NCBI GenBank assembly: GCA_041484665.1 | Contig: JBGPIA010000004.1 | Location: 128,001 to 192,000, forward strand | Direction of reading: 5' to 3' | DNA from: Candidatus Krumholzibacteriia bacterium | Lineage (GTDB): Bacteria; Krumholzibacteriota; Krumholzibacteriia; JAJRXK01 | DNA length: 64,000 nt | Part shown: positions 1-9,863 of the stretch, in pieces | Layout of the letters: every line of letters begins with the position of its first letter | Position numbering within the stretch: the stretch's first letter is position 1 | The notes under the pieces: generated by a model | What the model saw: only the letters and a program-made list of their open reading frames with translations | Databases searched by the model: none | Told to the model about the DNA's origin: nothing | Program-made: the position numbers and the translations under genes

Positions 1-2111
1 CGCGCTGAGAAGTCGAGGAGCGTGACCGCCGGGACCAGGCAGTTCCCGACCGCCCGCTGAGCATCGAGCTTGCCGTAGCCCCACGCCACATTGGGCGTGG
101 CGCCGGTCTGCGCGTCGGTCTGCCCCCCGCACTCGAGGTACTGCTTCGCCAGCGCGGCGTTCATGTTGGGGAAGCGCTCGAGCATCAGCGCCACCGTGCC
201 GGCGACGTGGGGGCCGGCCTGGCTGGTCCCCTGCAGCAGCCAGTGTTGCCCGTCGGGCTCCACCAGCGGGTCGATCTGCGGCGAGCGCGTGACGGCCGAC
301 GAGAGGCTGGAGATGATCCCCTGCCCGGGGGCGGCGATCTCGGGCTTGAGGACGCCGTCCCGCCGCGGGCCATTGGAAGAGAAGGTCGACAGCGCTCCCA
401 GGGTGGGCAGCGGGTTGTACTGGTAGTTGTTCCCGTCGATGGACGACCACGTGCGCTTGGACACGTAGCTCGCGACGGCGATGACCTTGGACGCGGTCGC
501 GGGCGAGCCGACCACGCCCAGCGCGTCCCGTCCGGCCGTGAAGCTCGCCTCCCCGGAGCCAGCGATGGTGTCGAGGTAGATCCAGGCGTCCACCTGCTCG
601 GTGGCTCCGCCCGCGGTCGCGACGAACGTGAAGGTCCAGTTCCCGGCCCGCGGCGGCTGCGCCGCCACGGAATCGTAGATGCGGATCGTGATGCTGCGCA
701 TCCCGTTGGGCTGCACTCCACCCACGCCGTTGAGGATTTCGATCCGTCCGTCGGCCGTGAGATTGGCCGTCGAGGATGTACCCTTCACCACCGGTCCGAC
801 CGCGATGCTATTCGGGCTGAGCACGCTGACCCGCACGCTGGCCTGGTCGCGCGCCCAGGCGTTGATCTCCAGATCGTCGTTGCCTGCGCCGCCCTGTGGC
901 GTATACGCGGCGACGTTCGCGACGAGGCTGACGCCGCTGCCGGCCGCATTGCCCTTGGCGTGGATCGCGGCGGCGCCCTCATTGCCGGCCGATGCCACGA
1001 TCACGCGCCCCGGGCCCACCAGGGCGTCGAGAGCCACTTCCAGGCTGCCGGTGCCGTCGTGCGGCCCGAACTGGCTGCCGAGGCTGAGATTGACGACCGC
1101 GGGGAGAGCGAGCGAGGTAGCCTGTTGGAATACGTAGCGCACGCCATCGAGGATCCCCGTGTCGGACAGGTTGGTCTTCACGGCGACGATCGTCGCTTCC
1201 GGCGCAACCCCGATGAAGCGGTACGCGGGCCTCGAGTTGCCGGTTGCGCGGCCCGAGCCGGCGGCGATCCCCGTCACGTGGGTGCCGTGTCCGTCGGTGT
1301 CCATCAGGCGCGCCGTGCCCGCGGAAAGCTGCGCGGAGGTCCAGCCCGTTCCATAGGCAAAGCCAGACGGCGGCCCCGGGGACGCACCGAAGTCCATCTG
1401 GTCCCAGGCGGCGTAGAGGCGGTCGTTGCCCAGGCCGTCGCGGAAGTCCTGGTGGCCGGGGTCGACGCCGCTATCGACCACTCCGACCACGACACCCTGG
1501 CCGCTGAGTCCGGCGTACACGGGCGGAGTGCCGCTGGCGTTATGGACGAGGTCGGCCTTCAGCGCGGGCCCGCTGACGTCAAGATGCAGCACGTTGCGCC
1601 CGGCCCCCTCCAGGTGGCGGACGCCCGCGATAAAGAGCAGCGCGGGCACCCGCTCGAGGGGCAGGTGGATGGCGGTGATCCAGGGGCCGCGGCCGGGGGT
1701 GTCGGTGGCGACCCGCGCTCCGATCCGGGCGCCGAGGGCCTCGAGCGCCGCGGGGAGCACGTCGCCTTCCACCAGCAGGCCGGCGGTGTGGCCCCCGTCG
1801 AAGGTGGCCACACTCGCCACTGACGGCAGCGGCGCACCCTGCTGCACGCCTGCCTGCTGCGGCGCTTCGCGCGCGGCGGCCTGGAGGTAGCCCAGGATGG
1901 TAGCCACCCGATCGTCGTAGCTGCAGCCGCCGGCGCTCGAGACCGGTGCCGGCAGCGCGGCGATTGCGGCCAGGAACAGCCAGGCGCCCGTCAGCAGTCG
2001 CGCGGTCGCCAAGCTCGCCGCCCGCCTGCCTGGGGCTGCGGCGCCGGGCCAAAGGACGGCGGGCCGACCAGGCGTTGGTGTGCCGCGCTGGACGCGGGTG
2101 GAGCGGAACAT
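1..2111 (-). CDS. Secreted S8 (subtilisin, CspA-like) serine peptidase; runs off the left window edge
   Basis: Absent from the ORF track; translated by hand. ATG at 2111 after GAGGAG, hydrophobic signal-like segment, catalytic motifs VVDSG, HGTHV, SAGNE and GTSQAGPHVAG. Confidence 0.92.
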   Translation of the reverse strand, partial: MFRSTRVQRGTPTPGRPAVLWPGAAAPGRRAASLATARLLTGAWLFLAAIAALPAPVSSAGGCSYDDRVATILGYLQAAAREAPQQAGVQQGAPLPSVASVATFDGGHTAGLLVEGDVLPAALEALGARIGARVATDTPGRGPWITAIHLPLERVPALLFIAGVRHLEGAGRNVLHLDVSGPALKADLVHNASGTPPVYAGLSGQGVVVGVVDSGVDPGHQDFRDGLGNDRLYAAWDQMDFGASPGPPSGFAYGTGWTSAQLSAGTARLMDTDGHGTHVTGIAAGSGRATGNSRPAYRFIGVAPEATIVAVKTNLSDTGILDGVRYVFQQATSLALPAVVNLSLGSQFGPHDGTGSLEVALDALVGPGRVIVASAGNEGAAAIHAKGNAAGSGVSLVANVAAYTPQGGAGNDDLEINAWARDQASVRVSVLSPNSIAVGPVVKGTSSTANLTADGRIEILNGVGGVQPNGMRSITIRIYDSVAAQPPRAGNWTFTFVATAGGATEQVDAWIYLDTIAGSGEASFTAGRDALGVVGSPATASKVIAVASYVSKRTWSSIDGNNYQYNPLPTLGALSTFSSNGPRRDGVLKPEIAAPGQGIISSLSSAVTRSPQIDPLVEPDGQHWLLQGTSQAGPHVAGTVALMLERFPNMNAALAKQYLECGGQTDAQTGATPNVAWGYGKLDAQRAVGNCLVPAVTLLDFSA

Positions 2112-2171
2112 GGCGGTCTCCTCGCAGGGGGTGGGGCCGCCCGCGCGACCCGGTGGACCCGGCGACGGTGC

Positions 2172-2209
2172 AAGAAAAAAGCCGGACCCTCCCGCCTGGG
2201 GGGTCCGGC
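2172..2209 (-). terminator. Rho-independent terminator closing the Rieske/cytochrome b operon
   Basis: Stem GCCGGACCC (2181-2189) / GGGTCCGGC (2201-2209), followed on the minus strand by TTTTTTCTT. Confidence 0.8.
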
Positions 2210-2300
2210 AACTCTTCAACTGCGCGGCCTCGCGGTCAAGGCCGCCGCGCGCTGCGCAGCTGCCCGTGTCCGCCGGCCAGCCGGGGACCGCATGGGCCCG

Positions 2301-3047
2301 TCAGCCGCCCAAGGTCAGATCGAGCGCCGTGGGCTTGCCGGCGGTGATCGTGACCTTCTGCTCCTGCTCGCCGAACTTCTCATGCCAGATCTTGACCGTG
2401 TAGCTGCCCGGCGGGATATCGGCGATGGTGAACTTCCCGTCGGCGTCGGAGACCGCATAGTAAGGACTCTCGACGGCCATGATGAACCCGTTCATCCACG
2501 TGTGGCCAGCGTCGCACTTGATGTGCATGAGGCCGGACTTCTTGATCTTGACCGGCTGCTTCATGCCCTGCGTCGGCAGCGCCCGGTTGAAGACAGTCTG
2601 GTCGCCGACTGCATAGCCGTGGCTGTTGTGCAGGATCGGGTCGTCGTTGGTGACGGTGAGGTCGTTGCCGACCATCATCGCCTGGACGTGCGGATGGTAG
2701 CGGCACTCCTTGTTCTGCAGCACCGCCGGGGGCAGCGTCTTGGGGTCCTTGCCCGACGTGATCCCGACGAAGTAGACGATCACGTTGGCGAGGCCGCCGT
2801 CCTTGCCCGCGACCACGCTTTCGTCGGGGACAAAGGCGTGGCAGACGCTCTGGTCCTTGGTCGTGGGGATGGTGCCGGCCTTCGGAGCGACGCCCTTGAC
2901 CTTCATCGTTCCTGTGAGGCTGCCGCCGCCCGAGACAGACGTCACGGTGTACTTGGGAGCTGCTGGAGCCGCGGCCTCCTGCGCGTAAGCGGCTGCCACC
3001 GCCAACAGCAGCAGGATCGCGAGCATTGCCAGGGCCTTGGTTCTCAT
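2301..3047 (-). CDS. Periplasmic protein with a cupredoxin-like domain and a carboxypeptidase-regulatory-like domain
   Basis: Signal peptide; HNSH...KCDAGHTWM resembles type-1 Cu ligands; C-terminal DGKFTIADIPPGSYTVKIWHE; RBS GAAGGAG. Confidence 0.75.
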   Translation of the reverse strand: MRTKALAMLAILLLLAVAAAYAQEAAAPAAPKYTVTSVSGGGSLTGTMKVKGVAPKAGTIPTTKDQSVCHAFVPDESVVAGKDGGLANVIVYFVGITSGKDPKTLPPAVLQNKECRYHPHVQAMMVGNDLTVTNDDPILHNSHGYAVGDQTVFNRALPTQGMKQPVKIKKSGLMHIKCDAGHTWMNGFIMAVESPYYAVSDADGKFTIADIPPGSYTVKIWHEKFGEQEQKVTITAGKPTALDLTLGG

Positions 3048-3169
3048 CGCGTCGATACTCCTTCTGGTTCGCTGGGCTGAAGCGGTGCTGCGCGCCCCGC
3101 GGTTCTACACCCGCTCCGGTCGATTGGTTCCGCCGTCCCCCTGGGGACCGCGGAGCCGCACTCACGCCA

Positions 3170-3274
3170 GGCAGAGCCTCCGTGGCCCGAGACAACGCCT
3201 CCACGGCCCGAGGCAGAGCCTCACTTGCCCTTGGCAGAGCCTCTCTGGCTCGAGCTGGAGGCTACCTGGCTCGA
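3170..3274. repeat. Five degenerate 21-bp tandem units spanning the octaheme stop codon
   Basis: ggcagagcctccgtggcccga / gacaacgcctccacggcccga / ggcagagcctcacttgccctt / ggcagagcctctctggctcga / gctggaggctacctggctcga. Confidence 0.75.
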
Positions 3275-6082
3275 AAAGGTCATCAAGTAGTCACGCAACG
3301 CCTCGATGTGCTGCGGAGCTTCGGGGAAGAAGTACTCACCGTCGGCGTAGAAGAACGTCGGCATGTTGGTGCCCGGCATCTGGGTCTGCGGATCCGTGAG
3401 CCACGCGACGACCCAGTCCGGCCGCAGGCGCTTGCTGGCCATGGCCAGATTGGGGGCCAGCTGGCTGCGGTCCGCCGCGCTCGCTGCGGTGACCTTCGCC
3501 GGATGGCACTGCTGGCACTTGTAGATCGCGAAGAACTGCGCCCCGTCCTTGGCGTGCGGAAAGGACTGCAGCGCCGGCAGGGGATACGGGTCGTCGTTCT
3601 TCTTGGCCAGGGCCATGAAGTAATTGGCCGCCGTGCCCGCCTCCTCCGGGGTGAAGCCGAAGGTCGGCATGCGCACCTGCACCCACGGGCGGATGGGGAA
3701 TGGCCCGTGGAGGAACTCGACCAACCAGTCCGGTTGGACCTTTGCCCCCTCGTTGGCCAGGTTGGGCGGCCGCATGGCCGGCTCGGGGATGACGTCATAG
3801 ATCGCGCCACCCTCCCCCTCGATCACGTGACAGCCGCGGCAGTTGCGGAACGCGATCAGCCGCTCGCCCTTGGCGATGAGCTCGCCGCGACTGTCCACGC
3901 GCTTGGTCCGATCCAGGGGCACGGTGTTCTTGCTCCAGGCGAGGATGTTTCCCACGATGGCCTGGGCCTGCGGCTCGCTGAAGCCGAACTCCGGCATGCG
4001 CGCCTTCTCCCCCGGCAGCATGTGCATGCCTTCGTCGAAGTTGCGCGGGTGGAGCATCTTGTGCGTGAGCCATGCCTCCAGCGAGGGCTCGAGCCGGACG
4101 TTGTTGAACGCCAGGCGCGCCACGGGCTTGCTCCCCTCCTCGGTGAGCTCGGTGCCGATGGGCAGCGTCTTCTCGAAACCCGCGATTTCGTGACAGCCGA
4201 AGCAGCCCTGGCGCGCGATGATCTTCTCCCCCAGCAGCACCGCGCGCTGGTGCGCGGCGAGCTTGGTGAGCTGCTCGCGCGCGACCGCGACCGGCTGGGT
4301 GTTGGTGAGGTAGTCCATGATCACCGCCTCGACCATCGCCGAGTCGGGCGCGCTGCGCCGGTACGGAGTGTCGTCGCTGCCGCGCAGTGTCGTGAGGTAC
4401 GCAGTGACGTCGAGGGCCTCCTGCTCGGTGAGCCGCAGGTTGGGCATGGCAGTCTTGCTGTCGTACTGTCTGGGGTCGCGGATCCAGTTGAAAATCCACT
4501 CCGGGCTGGTCTTGGTGGCAACGGCCTCCAGGTTCGGCCCGCGCTCGCGGGGCGTGACCGCCCAGTCCTGCTTGGCGTCCTGCTCGGGCCCGATCATGTG
4601 GCAGGCCCGGCATCCGATCGACTCGAACAGCTCCTTGCCCCGGGCGGCGTTGCCGCGCTGGCCGGCGGGCATGGCGTAGGCCCCCCTTGCGGACTTGTCG
4701 AACAGGTAGGCCACGATGCCGTTGACCTCGGCCGCGCTGCGTTTGCTCCAGTAGTCGGCGTCGCCGCGGTACTCGCCCACGACGTTCTCGAGGTTGAAGA
4801 CCCGGGGCATCTTGCTGTGCGCGCGCACCAGCTTGGGGTCGTTGATCCAGCGGTAGGCGAAGGCGGGCGTGAGCTTGCGGGCAACCTGCAGCAGGCTGGG
4901 TCCGATCTTGGGCAGCCCCTCGTAGCCAGCGATCTTGTGGCACCCGTAGCAGCCCGAGCGCTCCACCAGATCCCGGCCGCGGTCGTACTGCGGCGCGCCC
5001 CCGATGTGCCGCGTGCCCTGGTGGCACTTCAGGCACCCGGACTCGTAGTTGTGCGCGGCGAACATCGGCCATTCCCAGTAGTGCATCGGCTTCCAGCCGT
5101 ACTGCTTCCGCCAGCGCGCCGCCTCCTCCTCGTCGTTGGGCGTATGTGCCGTGCGGTTGAAGTCGAGCCCGTTGGGGCGGCCTCCGTGGCACTCGGTGCA
5201 GCCGAAGTCGGCCAGGGAGTGCTTGCTGTTGGAACCGACGAACAGGTCGAGCTTGGGGTGGGTGCGGAAGGGTTGCGGGGCATCCTCCCAGCCCGCCTTG
5301 TCGATCGCCAGATGGCAGGTCTGGCAGCGGTCGATCCTGGCGGTCACGCCGAAATTCACTGTGTAGGTGAGGTTGGGCGGCAGGACCTGTTGGATGCGGA
5401 TCGACGGCGCGATGAAGTCGAGCATGGCGAAGTTGAGCAACCGGTTGCTGAACGTGGGCGCGATCTTCAGCAGGCGCTTCTCCATGGTCCGCACGCTCTT
5501 GGTCAGCTCGTCGAGCTTGGCCGCGGCGTCGTCGTGCTGGCGCGTGATGTCGGCCAGCTGGGCGCTGACGGAGTCGCGCCGGGCTGCCGCCGCTTCGGAG
5601 GCGAGCCGGCGCCGCGACAGCTCGTCCTCCATTCCCTCGATCTTCGAGCGGAGCTTCATGGCCGCGTCGGCGTCATGGCGCTCCTGCGCGGCACCGAACT
5701 CATACTTGACGACGTCGTACGCTGCCTTCAGGAAGCGGGAGGACTGGTCGCGCACATACCAGTCACCGCTGGTCTGGTGCAGGCGCGCCTGCGCGGCGGC
5801 CAGGCGGTCCTGGTGCCCCTGGAGCTCGGCCTGGGCCTGGGTGACCGCTTGCCGGGCAGCGTCGAGCTGCTGCGGCCCGATCTTCTCCAGCTCCTGCGCC
5901 TCGGCCTTCTGCAGGCGCTCGCGCTCCAAACGGTAGTAGTCGCGCTGGTACCGTTTCCAGTCGCGGTTGTAGTCGTCGACGACCATGCCGATCACGCAGA
6001 CGACCATCAGCACGGACAACGCGGCGAACCACCCATTCAGCCGCGGGATGTTGTATTCGTGCAGCGTCTGGGAACGCGCCAT
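3221..6082 (-). CDS. Membrane-anchored octaheme cytochrome c subunit of a Rieske/cytochrome b complex
   Basis: N-terminal TM helix, long coiled coil, 8 CxxCH motifs (CQTCH, CTECH, CLKCH, CYGCH, CRACH, CFGCH, CRGCH, CQQCH). Confidence 0.92.
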   Translation of the reverse strand: MARSQTLHEYNIPRLNGWFAALSVLMVVCVIGMVVDDYNRDWKRYQRDYYRLERERLQKAEAQELEKIGPQQLDAARQAVTQAQAELQGHQDRLAAAQARLHQTSGDWYVRDQSSRFLKAAYDVVKYEFGAAQERHDADAAMKLRSKIEGMEDELSRRRLASEAAAARRDSVSAQLADITRQHDDAAAKLDELTKSVRTMEKRLLKIAPTFSNRLLNFAMLDFIAPSIRIQQVLPPNLTYTVNFGVTARIDRCQTCHLAIDKAGWEDAPQPFRTHPKLDLFVGSNSKHSLADFGCTECHGGRPNGLDFNRTAHTPNDEEEAARWRKQYGWKPMHYWEWPMFAAHNYESGCLKCHQGTRHIGGAPQYDRGRDLVERSGCYGCHKIAGYEGLPKIGPSLLQVARKLTPAFAYRWINDPKLVRAHSKMPRVFNLENVVGEYRGDADYWSKRSAAEVNGIVAYLFDKSARGAYAMPAGQRGNAARGKELFESIGCRACHMIGPEQDAKQDWAVTPRERGPNLEAVATKTSPEWIFNWIRDPRQYDSKTAMPNLRLTEQEALDVTAYLTTLRGSDDTPYRRSAPDSAMVEAVIMDYLTNTQPVAVAREQLTKLAAHQRAVLLGEKIIARQGCFGCHEIAGFEKTLPIGTELTEEGSKPVARLAFNNVRLEPSLEAWLTHKMLHPRNFDEGMHMLPGEKARMPEFGFSEPQAQAIVGNILAWSKNTVPLDRTKRVDSRGELIAKGERLIAFRNCRGCHVIEGEGGAIYDVIPEPAMRPPNLANEGAKVQPDWLVEFLHGPFPIRPWVQVRMPTFGFTPEEAGTAANYFMALAKKNDDPYPLPALQSFPHAKDGAQFFAIYKCQQCHPAKVTAASAADRSQLAPNLAMASKRLRPDWVVAWLTDPQTQMPGTNMPTFFYADGEYFFPEAPQHIEALRDYLMTFSSQVASSSSQRGSAKGK

Positions 6083-6112
6083 GGGCAACCCCCCGCCGGA
6101 CCGCGGCGGCTT

Positions 6113-7189
6113 CTAGATGTTGAAGAAGTATTCGGGGATCGCGATCAGGTACTTCAGGTTGAAGAGCCAGCGCAGCACCATCTTGATGGGCAGCGCCATC
6201 ATCGCCAGGAACAGCAGCATCAGGATCGCGAAGCGCAGCCGGGACATCTGCCGGTGCATCGGCCGCAAGTAGGTGCGCGACAGTACCCAGCCAGCCACGG
6301 AGAAGTAGGCTCCGACCGCCACGAATCCGGGCAGCTCGCGCACCAGCCAGAAACTCGGCAGCGGCTGCCCGAGCAGGCGGATCCAGAAGTACTCCGAGAG
6401 ATTGACGTTGACCAGCGCCTCGAGCTTGTGGATATCCCACACTTCGTAGGGACCGAAGAAGTTCCAGTTGGGACCGCGCAGGAACGTGCCCAGGAAGATC
6501 AGCACGCACCACAGCACCACGAATCCGAACAGGAACCACGTCACCGCGAACCGGCGCTGCCGGAACGTGTAATAGCCGTTGCCCAGCGGGTTGGGGTCGA
6601 TGTAGGGGACCGCCATCAGCCCCAGGATGATCAAGCTGGGGAAGACGACCCCGGCCAGCCATGGGTCGAAGTAGACGAGCATCTCCTGCAGGCCCAGGAA
6701 GTACCAGGGCGCCTTGCTGGGATTGGGGGCCAGCACCGGGTTGGCCGGCTCCTCCAGCGGGGCCTTCAGGACAACCGACCAGACCACCAGCAGCGCCCCG
6801 ACCAGCAGCATGGAGAGCAGCTCGATGTACACCAGATCGGGCCAGCACCAGACCTTCTTGCCTCCCTCTTGCGCCTCGTCGCTGGGCAGCCCCATCGCCA
6901 TGCGGTCGTCGTTGGCCACGCCCTGGCTGAGCGCACCCCAGAGCGCCAACCAGACCAGGTAGACCATGATGATGATGGGGATGTTGTCCGCTTTGCTGAT
7001 GATGATATGGAAGTTGGGGTCGAGCGCGCTCAGGGAGAAGAACAGCGTGAGCGCGAGCGTGCCCGCCAAGAGGCCCGCTTTGTTCCAGGCCACGCGCGTG
7101 TAGACCAGTCCGAGCAGACCTGCCATGGACAGCAGGATGTAGTACTGGGGCTGCGACAGGAAGTTGACGACGTCCTTGAACCACTGCAT
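6113..7189 (-). CDS. Cytochrome b subunit IV (PetD-like) with extra TM helices
   Basis: WPDLVY, PLEEPANP...PNPSKAPWYF (PEWY-equivalent), VPYID motifs; directly follows cytochrome b6. Confidence 0.88.
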   Translation of the reverse strand: MQWFKDVVNFLSQPQYYILLSMAGLLGLVYTRVAWNKAGLLAGTLALTLFFSLSALDPNFHIIISKADNIPIIIMVYLVWLALWGALSQGVANDDRMAMGLPSDEAQEGGKKVWCWPDLVYIELLSMLLVGALLVVWSVVLKAPLEEPANPVLAPNPSKAPWYFLGLQEMLVYFDPWLAGVVFPSLIILGLMAVPYIDPNPLGNGYYTFRQRRFAVTWFLFGFVVLWCVLIFLGTFLRGPNWNFFGPYEVWDIHKLEALVNVNLSEYFWIRLLGQPLPSFWLVRELPGFVAVGAYFSVAGWVLSRTYLRPMHRQMSRLRFAILMLLFLAMMALPIKMVLRWLFNLKYLIAIPEYFFNI

Positions 7190-7218
7190 GGGCGTGCCTC
7201 CGGCGGCGGCTGAGCGGC

Positions 7219-8007
7219 TTAGAGGGGACCCGAGATCCCGCCGTCCTTGCGGACGCGCCAGAAATGCACGGCCATGCCCGTGCCCGCCACCAGCGGGAAG
7301 GCTACGCAGTGGAAGACGTAGAAGCGCAGCAGCGCCCCGGCGCCCACGAACCGCCCGCCGAGCAGGGCGAAGCGAACGTCGTCACCCACGTGTACCAGAC
7401 TGATGTCGCCGATCTTCAGGAACGCCGATCCGGGGCCCTCGTGGCCCAGGAGCGGCGTCGCGCGGGCCATGTTGCTGCCGACGGTGATGGCCCAGATGGC
7501 GAGCTGGTCCCAGGGAAGCAGGTACCCGGTAAACGACAAGAGCAGCGTCAAGACCAGCAGGATCACGCCGACGTTCCAGTTGAATTCCCGGGGCGGCTTG
7601 TAGCTGCCGGTCATGAAGACGCGGAACATATGGATCCAGACCGCAATCACCATGGCGTGCGCGCCCCAGCGGTGCAGCTCGCGCATGACGCCCAGGGGAA
7701 CCTGCTCCCGCAGGTCGATCATGTCGGAGTACGCGTACTCGATGGTGGGCCGGTAGTAGAACATGAGCAGGAGCCCGGTGATCGTCTCCACCAGGAACAG
7801 GAAGAACGAGAGCCCGCCGGCGCACCATGTGTACTTCAGCTTGACGCCCGACTTGCGCACCTTCACCGGGTGCAGGTGGAGGATCACGTTGCTCATGATC
7901 ACGAGCACACGGTTGCGATCGGTGCCCGGGTAGCCGTGGCGGAAGAACGAGGTCCACAGCTGCGAACGCGCCACCGATCGCTTGATCTTCTCCCAGCTCG
8001 ACGTCAT
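7219..8007 (-). CDS. petB: Cytochrome b6-type subunit (N-terminal cytochrome b domain)
   Basis: WCAGG heme-ci Cys; His pairs with 13 and 14 residues between; [10 protein letters not shown]; ends GISGPL. ATG 8007 after GGAAAGG. Confidence 0.93.
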   Translation of the reverse strand: MTSSWEKIKRSVARSQLWTSFFRHGYPGTDRNRVLVIMSNVILHLHPVKVRKSGVKLKYTWCAGGLSFFLFLVETITGLLLMFYYRPTIEYAYSDMIDLREQVPLGVMRELHRWGAHAMVIAVWIHMFRVFMTGSYKPPREFNWNVGVILLVLTLLLSFTGYLLPWDQLAIWAITVGSNMARATPLLGHEGPGSAFLKIGDISLVHVGDDVRFALLGGRFVGAGALLRFYVFHCVAFPLVAGTGMAVHFWRVRKDGGISGPL

Positions 8008-8092
8008 GTCACCTTTCCAGAGCTCGATCGTCTCCACACGCGCGCGGTGCGCCGCCGTGACCCGGCGTCGCAAGCGCGCAGGGCTGCCCCCG

Positions 8093-8698
8093 TCACACCT
8101 TCACGAAGGCGTCGGGGTTGGTCCACTGGCCTTTCTCGTACTGGAATTTCTGGTTCTTGTCGATGACCAGCTGGCCGTCGTCGCCGACCAGGATCTTGTA
8201 GCGCTCCAGCGGGCGCGGCGCCGGTCCCTCGAAGTTGATCCCGGTGATGTAGAAGCCGCTGCCGTGGCACGGGCACTTGAACTTGCGCTCCGCCACCAGC
8301 CAGTTGGGCGGGCAGCCCAGGTGCGTGCAGGTGGAGTTGAGCGCGTAGATCGAGTGCTCGTCGCGGACGATCCAGACGCCGAATTTCGCCTTGAAGCGCT
8401 CGTCGACCTGCCCCACCTCGTACTCGGAGGGGAAGCCCGCCTTGAACGTGCTGGGTGGCTCGAACAGCACATTGGGGAAGAAGAAACGGCCGATCGTGGT
8501 GCCGATGAGAGCGGCACCGGCGGTGAACACCAGCCACGCCGCGCCGAGCAGCGGGAAGAAGCCGCGGCGGGTCGTCTTGGCCGTGAGCGGCGGCAGCGCC
8601 GCGCCGGCGAGCAGCGCCTCCGCCCGGCGCGTCGGCGCGGAGGCAACCATGCTGTCGGGCTGGGCCGGCGGGGACGCGCTCTTTTCCGTGTCGGTCAT
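8093..8698 (-). CDS. petC: Rieske 2Fe-2S protein
   Basis: TRRGFF Tat-like motif plus TM helix; CTHLGC and CPCHGS boxes; GPAPRPL. ATG 8698 after GAGGT. Confidence 0.95.
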   Translation of the reverse strand: MTDTEKSASPPAQPDSMVASAPTRRAEALLAGAALPPLTAKTTRRGFFPLLGAAWLVFTAGAALIGTTIGRFFFPNVLFEPPSTFKAGFPSEYEVGQVDERFKAKFGVWIVRDEHSIYALNSTCTHLGCPPNWLVAERKFKCPCHGSGFYITGINFEGPAPRPLERYKILVGDDGQLVIDKNQKFQYEKGQWTNPDAFVKV

Positions 8699-8804
8699 CG
8701 ACCTCACCTGGACGTCGCGATGGAGCGGAGCGCGGTTCGGGCGCAGCGCAAGGGGCGCAGGCCCACATTGCACGTGGCGGGGGACTGCCGCCAGGGGGTG
8801 TGAG

Positions 8805-8834
8805 ACTATATAGAGAGCCCGGCCGCAGCGTCAA
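8805..8834 (-). promoter_or_regulatory. Putative sigma70 promoter of the Rieske/cytochrome b operon
   Basis: TTGACG (8834-8829), 18-nt spacer, TATAGT (8810-8805). Confidence 0.6.
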
Positions 8835-8888
8835 ATCGAATCCTGGCCGGCGAGGGCAGGACCGCGCGTCCGTCCGCGGCGCGCCCGC

Positions 8889-9821
8889 TCACGGGCCGTG
8901 CAGCGCGCGCAACTCGGCGCGGGCCGCCTCCTGCACCAAAAGGAAGGGAGCCTGCTGCGCCAGGGCCTGCAGCAACGCCAGCCGCTGCGGCGTGGGCGCG
9001 CGCGCCTGCAGCTGGCCCAGACCCGCCACCGCCATGCGCATGAGCTCCTGCGCCCCGGCCTGGGTCACCCCTGGCTGGCCCGTCAAGTAGGCGGGCTCGA
9101 GCAGGCGGTCGAGCACGCCCTCGCCGGCATCGCTGCCCAGCCGCGCGAGCGCGATGGCCGCGTGCCACGTGACATCCGCCGCAGGGTCCTCCAGACGCGC
9201 GGCGAGCGGGGGGATCGCCGCCGGGTCGCCGAGGTTTGCCAGGCTCGCCACCGCCACCAGCCGGATCCCCTTGTCCGGGTCGCCGCAGAGCTCCAGCAGG
9301 CGCGGGAGCGCCGCGATGGCGCGGGCATTGCCCAGGGCCACCACCGCATAGACCCGAGTCTGCGGGTCGGGGTCGCCGGTTGCGCCAAGCAGTGCCGCAA
9401 CCGCCTCGGGACTGTCCGACAGGTCCTTCACCTTCGAGAGGCAGACGGTCAGGTAGCGGCGCAGCTCCGCGTTGCCGCTGCTGCGCTGGTAGAGAGCCAG
9501 CAGCTGTCCGCGAAAGCCGGCGTCGTCCAACAGCGCCGGATTGGCCACGATACGCTTGGAGAGCTCGAAGGCGGCCTGGCCGCGCCGGCGGCTGTCGCCG
9601 GTCGCCACTGCCTGCAGGATCTCCGCAGGGCGCTTTTGCGAGCCCACCAGGAAGTTCATGGCCAGGAAGATCCCCACCGCAACCGCCACGATCACCGCCG
9701 GGATCAGGAACAGCTGCGCGATGGCGCGCAGCGACCCCTGCGGAGCATGCGGCTCCTGGAACGGTGGGATCTCCGGCTCTGCGCCTGTGGAAGCCGGGGG
9801 CTGCGGGGGCCTGTCGCTCAT
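8889..9821 (-). CDS. Membrane-anchored HEAT/PBS-lyase repeat protein
   Basis: One TM helix, then repeats such as DPDPQTRVYAVVALG, DPDKGIRLVAVASLA, DPAADVTWHAAIALA. Confidence 0.85.
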   Translation of the reverse strand: MSDRPPQPPASTGAEPEIPPFQEPHAPQGSLRAIAQLFLIPAVIVAVAVGIFLAMNFLVGSQKRPAEILQAVATGDSRRRGQAAFELSKRIVANPALLDDAGFRGQLLALYQRSSGNAELRRYLTVCLSKVKDLSDSPEAVAALLGATGDPDPQTRVYAVVALGNARAIAALPRLLELCGDPDKGIRLVAVASLANLGDPAAIPPLAARLEDPAADVTWHAAIALARLGSDAGEGVLDRLLEPAYLTGQPGVTQAGAQELMRMAVAGLGQLQARAPTPQRLALLQALAQQAPFLLVQEAARAELRALHGP

Positions 9822-9863
9822 GGAACGGGGCGGCGTGACGTGGGGCGGCGTGGAGTTGCAGGC

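Noticed and set aside
207..1823. 538-aa plus-strand ORF
   Set aside because: Antisense of the S8 peptidase missed by the track.
3170..3274. 21-bp periodic repeat as a mini-CRISPR, or the TGA as selenocysteine
   Set aside because: No spacer structure or cas genes; low-complexity context with no redox motif or evident SECIS.
3026..7213. 1395-aa plus-strand ORF
   Set aside because: In-register antisense shadow of the cytochrome genes; no motifs; typical of high-GC DNA.
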